From Gaiellaceae bacterium (lineage in GTDB: Bacteria; Actinomycetota; Thermoleophilia; Gaiellales; Gaiellaceae), in contig DATLYU010000016.1 in assembly GCA_035574435.1 (NCBI GenBank), positions 1-56,004 on the forward strand: a DNA stretch of 56,004 nucleotides, read 5' to 3'. Shown one piece after another: positions 1-8,066 of the stretch. Positions within the stretch are counted from its first letter, which is position 1. Every line of letters begins with the position of its first letter. Made by a program: the position numbers and the translations under genes. Under the pieces are notes generated by a model that was not told the origin of the DNA, did no database searches, and was given only the letters and a program-made list of their open reading frames with translations.

Positions 1-1
1 C

Positions 2-901
2 GTCCCGCCGGTTCTCTTCGCGCTCGCGCTCGCGCTGCTCCTCGTCTCGCTCTCGCGCCCGCACGTCTCGCGCATGCTGCTCAAGGAGCGTGCGACGGTG
101 ATCCTCGTCATGGACACCTCGCGCTCGATGCAGGCGCGCGACGTGCAGCCCACGCGCCTGGCCGCGGCGCAGGAGGCCGTGCGCACGTTCCTCGACCAGG
201 TGCCGGGGAAGCTGCGGGTCGGGCTCGTGGTCTTCGCCGGCGAGGCGCAGGTGGCGACGCCGCCGACGCGCGACCACGACCTCGTGCGCACGTCCGTCGA
301 TCAGATCGACAGCTTCCTCATCTTCGGCGGCACGGCGATCGGCGACGCCCTGCAGGCCGCGGTCGAGCTCGGGCGCCGCGTGACGAACGAGCAGCGCGCG
401 CGCGGCCAGGAGATCTCCTTCGAGCCCAGCCGTCCCCAGGCGACCCGGAGCCTCGCGCAGGCTCCGGTCGGGTGTGACGACGAGGGCCCGGTCTCGATCC
501 TCTTCCTCTCCGACGGCTCGCAGACGCGCGGCATCCTGCAGCCGCTCGAGGGCGCCGCGCTCGCCCGCGAGGCATGCATCCCCGTCTTCACGATCGCCCT
601 CGGCACGCCGGAGGGGGTGATCGAGCGCGGGTCGTTCGGGTTCGGCCCGCCCGGCCAGGGCGAGCTGATCCCCGTGCCGCCCGACCCGGAGACGCTGCGG
701 GCGATCGCCGAGCTGACGGGCGGCGAGTTCTCCGAGGCACGCACGGCGGAGGCGCTCGAGTCCGCCTACGAGAACCTCGGCTCGCGCCTCGGCCGCGAGC
801 CGGGCGAGAGCGAGGTCACCTTCCTCCTCGTCGCCGTCGCGGCGGGGCTGCTCGTGCTCGCGGGTGTCCTCGGCGCTGCCCTCGCTCCCCGGCTGCCCTG
901 A
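2..901 (+). CDS. VWA (von Willebrand factor A) domain membrane protein, BatA-like; 5' end outside the window
   Basis: The frame is open from base 2. The upstream residues VPPVLFALALALLLVSL look like an N-terminal TM helix. MIDAS-type DxSxS motif (VMDTSRSM) and a C-terminal TM (FLLVAVAAGLLVLAGVLGAAL). Stop TGA 899-901. Confidence 0.8.
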   Translation, partial: VPPVLFALALALLLVSLSRPHVSRMLLKERATVILVMDTSRSMQARDVQPTRLAAAQEAVRTFLDQVPGKLRVGLVVFAGEAQVATPPTRDHDLVRTSVDQIDSFLIFGGTAIGDALQAAVELGRRVTNEQRARGQEISFEPSRPQATRSLAQAPVGCDDEGPVSILFLSDGSQTRGILQPLEGAALAREACIPVFTIALGTPEGVIERGSFGFGPPGQGELIPVPPDPETLRAIAELTGGEFSEARTAEALESAYENLGSRLGREPGESEVTFLLVAVAAGLLVLAGVLGAALAPRLP

Positions 902-953
902 GCGCTCGGAGGGCGCTCCCGCCGGCGGCGCCGCGCCGTAGGCTGACGCACTC

Positions 954-1694
954 GTGGAGGCGCAGCGCATCGTCGAGCGAGTCCCGCTTCCCGCGAGCGG
1001 CCGGACGTTCTCCTCCGTGCGCCGGATCCGGCTCGCAGACCGGGACGCGGACGGGCGCGTCCGGCTCGACGCGCTCGCCCGCTATCTGCAAGACGTGGCC
1101 ATCGACGACGTGGACGAGACGGGCTGGGGCGCGCCGGAGCACCTGTGGGTGCTGCGCTCCATCCAGGTCGAGGTCATCCGCCCCCTGCGCGCCGACCGCG
1201 AGGTCGAGCTCGTCACCTGGTGCAGCGCCCTGGCGCCGCTCGCAGCCGGGCGGCGGCTCTCCGTGCGCGGCGACGCGGGCGGCAGCGTGGAGGCGGACAG
1301 CGTCTGGATCCACCTCGGTCCGGACGCGAGACCCGCGCGCATCGAGGACTTCGGCGCGTACGCGGAGGCGGCGCAAGGACGGGCCGCGAGCACGCGGCTC
1401 GCGCTCCCCGGCCCGCCGGAGGGCGCCGAGGCGGCGCCCTGGCCGCTGCGCGCCACGGACGTGGACGTCTTCGGCCACGTGAACAACGCCGCGTACTGGC
1501 ACGCCGTCGAGCAGCTCCTGCCCGCCACCGGCCCGGATCCGCGGCGACCGCTGCGCGCGCAGCTCGACCACCGGCACCCGATCGACCTCGGCGAGGCGGT
1601 CGTCGTCCGCCACGCGGCCCGCGACGGCGGCCTCGACGTCGCGCTCGAGGTGGCCGGCTCGACCCGCGCTCGCGCCCGGGTCGAGCCGCTCTAG
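954..1694 (+). CDS. acyl-ACP thioesterase family protein
   Basis: 246-aa ORF with a GTG start. Double hot-dog layout with a second-half motif (ATDVDVFGHVNNAAYW) typical of acyl-ACP thioesterases. High GC3. Confidence 0.65.
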   Translation: MEAQRIVERVPLPASGRTFSSVRRIRLADRDADGRVRLDALARYLQDVAIDDVDETGWGAPEHLWVLRSIQVEVIRPLRADREVELVTWCSALAPLAAGRRLSVRGDAGGSVEADSVWIHLGPDARPARIEDFGAYAEAAQGRAASTRLALPGPPEGAEAAPWPLRATDVDVFGHVNNAAYWHAVEQLLPATGPDPRRPLRAQLDHRHPIDLGEAVVVRHAARDGGLDVALEVAGSTRARARVEPL

Positions 1695-1700
1695 CCGGTC

Positions 1701-2162
1701 CTAGACCGCCACGATCGAGAACGCGGCGTCCACGAGGTCGTCGCGACCGGCCGGGTGGATGGAGACGCGGAACGCGCCCTCGGGCGCGGCCTCCACGGCG
1801 ACGAGGGCGTTGCCCACGGCGCTCGCGAGGGCCGTCTGCGCCGTGTTCCCGACGAAACGCACCTCGAAGACGCCGGTGGAGACGCGCCGCACCTGGACGG
1901 CCTTGCCCGTGCAGTTGAAGCGCCGCGAGAAGAGCGACCTCGTGGCCGTGAAGCGGTCGGGAACGTTGGCGATGCCCGCGCCGGGAGGCCCGACCACGGT
2001 CGCGACGCCGCGGACGGCGCCGTTCGTGCAGCGCTGCTGTGCGACCGCGGCGCTCTGCATCCGCTCGCCGAGCGCGAAGGCCGAGCCGCCGAACGCGAAG
2101 AAGAGCGCGGCGAGCGCCAGGGCGGTCGCAGGGCTCGGGACGGGGATCCTCGACTTGCTCAT
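1701..2162 (-). CDS. secreted hypothetical protein
   Basis: 153 aa. SD aggaaggag lies before ATG 2162. Signal peptide (ALALAALFFAFGGSAFA). No recognisable domain. Confidence 0.6.
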   Translation of the reverse strand: MSKSRIPVPSPATALALAALFFAFGGSAFALGERMQSAAVAQQRCTNGAVRGVATVVGPPGAGIANVPDRFTATRSLFSRRFNCTGKAVQVRRVSTGVFEVRFVGNTAQTALASAVGNALVAVEAAPEGAFRVSIHPAGRDDLVDAAFSIVAV

Positions 2163-2313
2163 CGTGCTCCTTCCTCTCGTGAGACGCTCGTAGCGTGCTG
2201 CGGGCTCCGCGCGCGGGCAACCTCCGCGCAGGGGAGCCGCGCTCGAGACAGCGTTTCGCGCCTGCCGGACGGCGCATGCGCGGTCGAGTGCCGCAGACGT
2301 CCCGAGCCGACGT

Positions 2314-2319
2314 TAGAGT
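2314..2319 (+). promoter_or_regulatory. -10-like TAGAGT, 7 nt before GTG 2327 (leaderless-type)
   Basis: TAGAGT-N7-GTG. Same architecture as about a dozen other first genes in the window. Confidence 0.35.
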
Positions 2320-2326
2320 CCGGCCG

Positions 2327-2956
2327 GTGATTCCTGACGAGGGGCAGGGTCACGGGAGGGGTTCGGTTCGTCCCGCGACGTCCACCACGTGGGTTCTTCG
2401 TGCGTGGGCCGTCGCCGTGCCGGTCGCGCTCGCCGCGGTCTTCGCGGCGGCGGACGTGTGGGCCGCGTCCTCGCCCGAGCGGGGCTGGGTCGAGTACCTG
2501 GCGCCGCCGAGCGCCTGCCCGGGCGCGACGGACGCGTCCGCTCCGGTCGCCGTCCAGCGCGAGGCGATCGGCTGCCTCGTGAACTGGGCGCGCGGACGCG
2601 CGCGCAACCGGCGGCTCGCCCCCTCGCGCCCGCTCGAGCGAGCCGCCGTCCTGAAGGGGTTGCGGGTGGCCGCGTGCGGCGATTTCGCCCACGCTCCCTG
2701 CGGGACGGAGGTGACGGCCACCGTTCGCCGGGCCGGGTACGCCTACCGGCGCTACGGCGAGAACCTGTTCGCGGGCACCTGGGGCCGGTACGCGCCGCGC
2801 GAGGTGGTGGCCGCGTGGCTGCGCTCGCCCTCGCATCGGGCGACCCTGCTCGCCGCCCAGTACCGCGACGTGGGCGCCGCGCTCGTGCGTGCCCGCGGGC
2901 TCGTGGGCATGCCGGACGCCGCGGTCTGGGTGGCCGCGTTCGGCGTCCGCCGCTGA
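2327..2956 (+). CDS. CAP/SCP (PR-1-like) domain secreted protein
   Basis: The C-terminal part fits the CAP-domain pattern (YGENLFAG, WLRSPSHRATLL, YRDVGAAL). N-terminal hydrophobic segment WAVAVPVALAAVFAAA. Start placed at GTG 2327 because of the TAGAGT upstream; the ORF track opens at 2195. Confidence 0.7.
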   Translation: MIPDEGQGHGRGSVRPATSTTWVLRAWAVAVPVALAAVFAAADVWAASSPERGWVEYLAPPSACPGATDASAPVAVQREAIGCLVNWARGRARNRRLAPSRPLERAAVLKGLRVAACGDFAHAPCGTEVTATVRRAGYAYRRYGENLFAGTWGRYAPREVVAAWLRSPSHRATLLAAQYRDVGAALVRARGLVGMPDAAVWVAAFGVRR

Positions 2957-3027
2957 GCGCGGGGAGGACTCGCACGGCCCGCCGGGAAACGACGCGCCTG
3001 GTGAGGGAAGAGAGCCACCTGGACGAC

Positions 3028-3306
3028 ATGCGGGCGGCCATCCGCGGCGACTTCGAGCGCCTTGCCGAGCGGCGCGGGGCGCAGGAGCTGATGCGCGTGG
3101 ACGAGCGCGACCAGGGCGAGATCCTGGACGACGAGCCGGTGGCGGCGCCGGCTCCCGAGCCTCCCCTGGCGGAGGTCGAGCCCGAGCCCGCACCTGCGCC
3201 GGAGGCGCCGACGGCCGAGCCGGAGGACGATCCGGCCGCAGCCGGGCCCGAGCCGGCCGCGCCCGCTCCGCGGCGCTCCTGGCTCGCCCGGCTCCTCGGG
3301 CGCTGA
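3028..3306 (+). CDS. hypothetical Pro/Ala/Glu-rich small protein
   Basis: ATG 3028 to TGA 3306 (92 aa). The structured-looking N-terminus (MRAAIRGDFERLAERRGAQELMRVDERDQGEIL) is followed by a low-complexity PAPEP tail. No clear SD or -10, so the call is weak. Confidence 0.35.
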   Translation: MRAAIRGDFERLAERRGAQELMRVDERDQGEILDDEPVAAPAPEPPLAEVEPEPAPAPEAPTAEPEDDPAAAGPEPAAPAPRRSWLARLLGR

Positions 3307-3332
3307 GCGCGGCCCTCGGCTTCAATGGCGGC

Positions 3333-3872
3333 GTGGAGCGCGCCGAGCGCGAGCGGATCATGCGCCAGGGGGTCGTCCTCCCGGAGACGCCCCGGCAGCG
3401 CCGCGAGCTCGCCGGCCTGGAGGAGGACCTGCGCGCGCTGCCGCTGCGGGGCCGTCCATTGCCGCTCCGCCTGCGCAACTTCCGCCCGGCCGCCGAGAGC
3501 TACCTGGCGGCCACGCGGGGGCCGCTCCCGTACATGCTGCGCCTGCACGAGATCGAGATCCGGACCGCCGAGCACGAGGCCGCGCTCGAGTCGGACTGGC
3601 GGGAGCTCGCGCGCGTGAGCGACGGCGACGAGGCGGCGTTCGCGGCCCGCTGGCGCGCGCACGCGCAGTCGGTCGCCTTCGACGAGGTGAACGACCTGAT
3701 CGAGCGCCACAACCGCTGGTATCCGGCCGAGTCCCGCCTGCCGCTCGACCCCCGCCGCGGCGACTACGTGCTCGTCAACGGGCGGGACTACCGCCTGCGC
3801 CCGCTCGACGCCCGGTGGGTGCTCGAGCGCTTCCCCCCGTCGCTCGGGCAGGCGCAGGCCGCCGTGCCCTGA
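3333..3872 (+). CDS. conserved-looking hypothetical protein
   Basis: Balanced composition (…LPYMLRLHEIEIRTAEHEAALESDWRELARV…NRWYPAESRLPLDPRRGDYVLVNGRDYRL). Start is GTG 3333 (TTCAAT 6 nt upstream) or ATG 3360. The 3' end overlaps the convergent methyltransferase by ~98 bp. Confidence 0.5.
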   Translation: MERAERERIMRQGVVLPETPRQRRELAGLEEDLRALPLRGRPLPLRLRNFRPAAESYLAATRGPLPYMLRLHEIEIRTAEHEAALESDWRELARVSDGDEAAFAARWRAHAQSVAFDEVNDLIERHNRWYPAESRLPLDPRRGDYVLVNGRDYRLRPLDARWVLERFPPSLGQAQAAVP

Positions 3873-4443
3873 CGAGCGCGTCGATCGCGGGCCGCTCCTC
3901 CCCGGCCACCGTCCGCAGGACGCGCTCGGCCTTCACGACCTCGAGGCCGGGGAGCTCGGCCACGATCTGCTCCGGCGTGTACAGGACGGCCGGGTCGCTC
4001 GGGCCGCCGACGCCCTGGGTGAGGTTGGCCAGGTCGTGGCCGAGGAGGAGCAGCGTCCCGCCGGGGGCCAGCGCCGCAGCCGCGCGCTCGAGGACGATCC
4101 GGCGCTCGTCCGCGGGCAGCTGCAGGAAGAGCACGAGGACGAGGTCGTAGCGCCCGCGCTCCGGCACGTAGTCGAGGAGATCGGCCTGCTCGAAGATCGC
4201 GTGCACGCCCTCCCGCCGCGCCCGCTCGCGCGCGCGCCCGAGGGCGACCGGGGAGAAGTCCACGCCGACCACCTCCCAGGCGCGCAGGGCGAGCCAGACG
4301 GCGTTCCGCCCCTCGCCGCAGGCGAGGTCGAGCGCGCGGCCCGGCGGCAGCGCTCCCACCTCGGCCACGAGCACGCGGTTCGGCTCGGCGCCCCAGAGGA
4401 GCTCCCGGGCCGCGTACTTGCGATCCCAGTCCTCAGGCCGCAC
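3775..4443 (-). CDS. class I SAM-dependent methyltransferase
   Basis: Motif I LDLACGEGRN, followed by VVGVDFS and LAPGGTLLLL. The GTG start at 4443 overlaps the MFS stop by 11 nt, implying one operon. Confidence 0.8.
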   Translation of the reverse strand: MRPEDWDRKYAARELLWGAEPNRVLVAEVGALPPGRALDLACGEGRNAVWLALRAWEVVGVDFSPVALGRARERARREGVHAIFEQADLLDYVPERGRYDLVLVLFLQLPADERRIVLERAAAALAPGGTLLLLGHDLANLTQGVGGPSDPAVLYTPEQIVAELPGLEVVKAERVLRTVAGEERPAIDALVRARRPAPARATGGSARAPTGRRAGAGGSPAR

Positions 4444-5581
4444 GCGGCCGGAACCTCCCTGACGAGAGCTGCTGCGTGGCGAGGAGCGTCGCGGCGCACA
4501 GCGCCGCGCCCAGCAGGTACGGGGCCGGGTCGCCGACCGCGCTCGCGAGCGTCCCTCCGAGCACCGGCCCGAGGAGGTTGCCGAGCGCCCAGGCGCTGTT
4601 CATCACCCCGAAGGCGAGGCCCTGTGCGAGGCCGGCGCTCTCCGCCCGATCCGACGTGAGCGCCATTCCGGGCGTGTAGAAGCCGCCGAAGCTGAGCGCG
4701 GCCGCGACGACGAGCACGGCCACGAGCAGCGGCGCCTCGGCCGCGGCGAGCAGCGCGGCCACGACGATCGAGGCGGCGAGGGCGACCCGGACGGGAAGGA
4801 GGCGGCCTCGTCGGTCGGTGGCCCGGCCGAGAAGCGGGTTGATGACCACCTCGAGCAGTCCCGCCGCGAAGAACACGGAGGCGATCCCGAGCGCCGACCA
4901 GCCCCGCTCGTCGAGCGCGAGCGGCGCCAGCACGACGAGCACGCCGAAGAGGAAGGCGGGCAGGGTGTTCAGCCACAGCCCGCCGAGGAAGCGCGGGTCG
5001 CGGAGGGCGCGGGCGAGCCCGCCGCCCGAGAGCGACTCGCCGGGGGCCGCGGGCGCGAGGGCGGAGAGGAGCGCGAAGGCGAGCCCGCAGGCGCCCACGG
5101 TCGCGAACGAGGCGCGGATCCCGACCAGCTCGGCCAGCGCCCCGAACATGGGGCCGAGCACGGCCCCGAACACGGCGGCCCCGAAGGCCGTCCCGATCAC
5201 CTCGCCGCGCTGGCGGCGCGGCGACGCGACCGTCACCCACGCGAGCGCGCCCGCCCAGGTGGTCGTGCTCGAGAGCCCCTGCACGAAGCGGGCGACGCCG
5301 AGGGCGGCAGCGCTGTCTGCCCAGGCGAACGCGAAGCTCGCGGCCCCGAGCAGGAGCAGGCCGCCGACGACCGCGCGCTTGGGCCCGAAGCGGGCGGCGG
5401 CCAGGCCGCCGGGGATGCCGCCGAGCAACGCGCCGGCACCGAAGGAGCCCACGAGCAGGCCGGCGCCGGTCTTCGAGAGATCGAACTCCTCCGCGTAGCC
5501 CGGGACGAGCGGCGTGAGCGCGGTGAACAGCATCGCGTCCACGAACACGATCGCGCTCGCGAGGAGGAGCAGCCGGCGCAC
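4433..5581 (-). CDS. MFS transporter
   Basis: 382 aa, about 12 hydrophobic helices. MFS signature region GAGLLVGSFGAGALLGGIPGGLAAARFGPKR. GTG start at 5581. Confidence 0.85.
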   Translation of the reverse strand: MRRLLLLASAIVFVDAMLFTALTPLVPGYAEEFDLSKTGAGLLVGSFGAGALLGGIPGGLAAARFGPKRAVVGGLLLLGAASFAFAWADSAAALGVARFVQGLSSTTTWAGALAWVTVASPRRQRGEVIGTAFGAAVFGAVLGPMFGALAELVGIRASFATVGACGLAFALLSALAPAAPGESLSGGGLARALRDPRFLGGLWLNTLPAFLFGVLVVLAPLALDERGWSALGIASVFFAAGLLEVVINPLLGRATDRRGRLLPVRVALAASIVVAALLAAAEAPLLVAVLVVAAALSFGGFYTPGMALTSDRAESAGLAQGLAFGVMNSAWALGNLLGPVLGGTLASAVGDPAPYLLGAALCAATLLATQQLSSGRFRPRAA

Positions 5582-5588
5582 GCCGCCG

Positions 5589-5594
5589 AGGATA
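5589..5594 (-). promoter_or_regulatory. -10-like TATCCT (minus strand), 7 nt before the MFS start
   Basis: The reverse complement reads TATCCT-cggcggc-GTG. Confidence 0.35.
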
Positions 5595-5665
5595 CGCGCA
5601 CGCCGGGGCCCGCCCGCCGGCCTCCGTCCACGGCGCGCCGACCTTCTTTCGCCGCAACGAAAAAT

Positions 5666-5765
5666 GCACCGAGCCGGTGACGCCTTCGTCCGGCCTCCCG
5701 ACTGACCGCCGCCGAAGCGACTGCCGATCGGAGGGCCATCAACCTCGGACGCTCCGTGCTCGGTG
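5666..5765 (+). ncRNA. candidate structured RNA element, copy 1
   Basis: Closing helix GCACCGAGC (5666-5674) / GCTCGGTGC (5757-5765). Inner helix GGCCTCCCGA/TCGGAGGGCC. Small hairpin GACG-CCTT-CGTC. Confidence 0.45.
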
Positions 5766-5911
5766 CAGTCGCGACTCTATGCGGACAGGTCGGGTCGCGT
5801 CAAGCACCGGCGCGCAGGAATTCCACGCAAATTCCGCAAAACACATGCGGACTGTGGAGCCCGCTCGTTGCCGCCTCGCCTGGCAACGACGACGTCGGAC
5901 CACGAAGAAAT

Positions 5912-6011
5912 GCACCGAGCCGGTGACGCCTCCGTCCGGCCTCCCGACTGACCGCCGCCGAAGCGGCTGCCGATCGGAGGGCCATCAACCTCGGGCGCTC
6001 GTGCTCGGTGC
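5912..6011 (+). ncRNA. candidate structured RNA element, copy 2
   Basis: Same helices as copy 1, plus a perfect GCCGC-CGAA-GCGGC hairpin. Closing helix 5912-5920 / 6003-6011. Confidence 0.45.
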
Positions 6012-6146
6012 AGTCGCGACTCTACGGACCGGGCTGCGGGCGGTCAAGGGCCTGCGGAAGGGCGTTGTCGCAATTTGCGGCTTTTTCTTTTCGCAACGCC
6101 CGTGCTGCAGGTGGCCGCGGGTGCTCTACCGTCCGGGAGAGAAGAA

Positions 6147-6170
6147 CGGCCGGGCCCGAGGGCCCGGCCG
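6147..6170. terminator. perfect 10-bp GC hairpin (CGGCCGGGCC-cgag-GGCCCGGCCG), terminator-like, no U tract
   Basis: Seen directly in the sequence. It lies between copies 2 and 3 of the module array. Confidence 0.4.
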
Positions 6171-6178
6171 CAAGAGTT

Positions 6179-6279
6179 CGCCGAGCCGGGAACGCTTTCG
6201 TCCACCTTCCCGACGAACCTTCCGCTTCCGCGTAGTGCTCCTCGGGGGGCTTCGTCCTACCGGCGCCCCGTGCTCGGCG
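6179..6279 (+). ncRNA. candidate structured RNA element, copy 3 (diverged)
   Basis: Closing helix CGCCGAGC/GCTCGGCG; the A:T pair of copies 1/2 is replaced by G:C on both arms. The inner helix CTTCCCGA/TCGGGGGG keeps pairing through two G.U wobbles on the + strand only. Confidence 0.4.
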
Positions 6280-6365
6280 CACGCAGGACTCTTCCACACC
6301 GGAAGGTGTCCTGCAAGACCCCCAGGGAACGAAATTTCGCGGAAATTGCGCCCGCACGTTCCGGC

Positions 6366-6395
6366 TTGCCCGCGTCCCCCGCACCGTCGTAGGAT
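6366..6395 (+). promoter_or_regulatory. putative promoter of the ethanolamine permease operon (TTGCCC-N18-TAGGAT)
   Basis: Hexamers at 6366-6371 and 6390-6395. SD GGAGGGAGG follows, before GTG 6431. Confidence 0.4.
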
Positions 6396-6430
6396 CGTCC
6401 TTTCCGGACGGGTCGGACAGGAGGGAGGCT

Positions 6431-7993
6431 GTGGAGCAACAACGGACTGTCGGTGCCGTCACGTACCGGGAAGCGGGGGCCGAGTACTTCGCGCAACGTC
6501 GGCTCCGCCGCTTCGCGGGCGTCTGGTCGCTGTGGGCGCTCGGAGTCGCGGCCGTCATCTCCGGCGACTTCTCCGGCTGGAACTTCGGGCTGGACGCCGG
6601 CGGGTTCGGCGGCCTGCTCGTGGCCACGCTGATCATCACCGTCATGTACTTCGGGCTCTGCTACTCGATCGCGGAGATGTCGCCTGCGCTCCCGCACACG
6701 GGCGGGGCCTACTCCTTCTCGCGCTCGGCGATGGGGCCCTGGGGCGGGTTCGCGACGGGAGTGGCCGAGACGATCGAGTACGTGGTGACGCCCGCCGTCA
6801 TCGTCACGTTCGCGGCCACCTACCTCGAGTCGATCTTCAACAGCTGGTTCGACTGGAGCCCGGCGACGTGGCTGTGGTGGCTCATCCTGTACGTCGTCTT
6901 CGTCGGGCTGAACGTCTTCGGCGTGGAGGCGAGCTTCCGCTTCGCGGTCTTCATCTGCCTGCTCTCGCTCGGCATCCTCGCGGTCTTCTACGTCGCCTCG
7001 CTCTGGGACTTCTCGTGGAACAACCTGACGAACATCGCGCCGGAGGGCAGCAACAGCGACTGGTTCCCGTTCGGCGCCGTGGAGGGCGTGTTCCTCGCGC
7101 TGCCCTTCGCGATCTGGTTCTACCTGGCGATCGAGGAGCTTCCGCTCGCCGCCGAGGAGTCGCACGACCCCAAGCGCGACATCCCGCGAGGGACGATCTA
7201 CGGCCTCATCACGCTGATCATCACCGGCTTCCTCGTCCTCTTCCTGAACACGGGCGTAACCGGCGCCGAGGAGATCCGCGTGTCGGGCGAACCGCTGCTG
7301 GACGGCTTCCGCGTGATCTTCGGTGAGAGCGAGAACATCTCGAACGTGCTCGGCCTGGCCGCGGTCGCGGGCATCATCGCCAGCTTCCACACGATCATCT
7401 ACGCGTACGGCCGGAACATCTACTCGCTCTCGCGCGCGGGCTACTACCCGCACTGGCTGTCACTCACGCACGGGAAGCGCAACACGCCGTACATCGCGCT
7501 CGTGGCGGGCGCGGTGGTCGGCTTCGGGCTGGCGTTGCTGCTCGACCAGGCGACGAAGCACGAGTGGCTCGGGGGCCACCTGAGCGCGGCGCTGCTCTCG
7601 ATGGCCGTCGGCGGCGCCGTCGTCTCGTACTTCCTGCAGATGGTGTCCTTCATCCTCCTGCGCAGGAAGATGCCGCACATCGAGCGCCCGTACCGGAGCC
7701 CGATCGGCATCCCGGGCGCGGCGGTGGGAGCGCTCATCGCGCTCGTCTCCCTGCTGGCGCTCTTCTGGCGGGAGGACTACCGCCCGGGCGTCGTCGGGGT
7801 GGCGATCTTCTACGTGCTCGCGCTCGCCTACTTCTCGTTCTCGGGGAGGAACAAGCTCGTGCTTTCTCCCGAGGAGGAGTTCGCGCTCACACGCGGCCAG
7901 CACGGGCATCCCGAGACGGAGGGCTACGGCCGGACGCACATCGCGGACATCCCGGCCGAGCCCGGGACTGCGCCGCCCGCGGAGACGACGTAG
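6431..7993 (+). CDS. eat: ethanolamine permease (APC superfamily, EAT family)
   Basis: 520 aa, about 12 TM helices. The N-terminal block VWSLWALGVAAVISGDFSGWNFGL is characteristic of ethanolamine permeases. Strong SD. Confidence 0.8.
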   Translation: MEQQRTVGAVTYREAGAEYFAQRRLRRFAGVWSLWALGVAAVISGDFSGWNFGLDAGGFGGLLVATLIITVMYFGLCYSIAEMSPALPHTGGAYSFSRSAMGPWGGFATGVAETIEYVVTPAVIVTFAATYLESIFNSWFDWSPATWLWWLILYVVFVGLNVFGVEASFRFAVFICLLSLGILAVFYVASLWDFSWNNLTNIAPEGSNSDWFPFGAVEGVFLALPFAIWFYLAIEELPLAAEESHDPKRDIPRGTIYGLITLIITGFLVLFLNTGVTGAEEIRVSGEPLLDGFRVIFGESENISNVLGLAAVAGIIASFHTIIYAYGRNIYSLSRAGYYPHWLSLTHGKRNTPYIALVAGAVVGFGLALLLDQATKHEWLGGHLSAALLSMAVGGAVVSYFLQMVSFILLRRKMPHIERPYRSPIGIPGAAVGALIALVSLLALFWREDYRPGVVGVAIFYVLALAYFSFSGRNKLVLSPEEEFALTRGQHGHPETEGYGRTHIADIPAEPGTAPPAETT

Positions 7994-8066
7994 CGCTCGT
8001 GGTCCTGGAGGTGGAGCGAAGCGGGGCCGGCCGCAGGGCCGGCCCCGCCTCCGACGGGGAGGGGCG

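Larger units (their letters stand above)
5661..6352 (+). repeat. array of three homologous modules, each a ~100-nt structured element plus a downstream AT-rich AAATT site
   Basis: Copies 1 and 2 are roughly 95 % identical by eye over ~125 nt, with a 246-nt period. Copy 3 is diverged but colinear. No credible ORF in the region. Confidence 0.85.

Noticed and set aside
5661-6300. Possible CRISPR array or tandem glycine-type riboswitch.
   Set aside because: The repeats are ~100-125 nt long, far longer than CRISPR repeats. There are only three copies, with homologous rather than unique spacers, and no cas genes. By eye none of the glycine-riboswitch conserved cores (GGAGAG…CACCG…) is present.
5677-7326. 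549-aa + strand ORF spanning the repeat array and running into the permease gene. Also the short ORFs 5514-5705, 5763-5951, 5800-5988, 6008-6235, 6022-6645 and 6075-6392.
   Set aside because: Arg-rich junk translation. The apparent repeated peptide (MHRAGDA.VRPPD) merely reflects the nucleotide repeat. The indel between copies 1 and 2 breaks the frame. The permease is encoded in another frame downstream.
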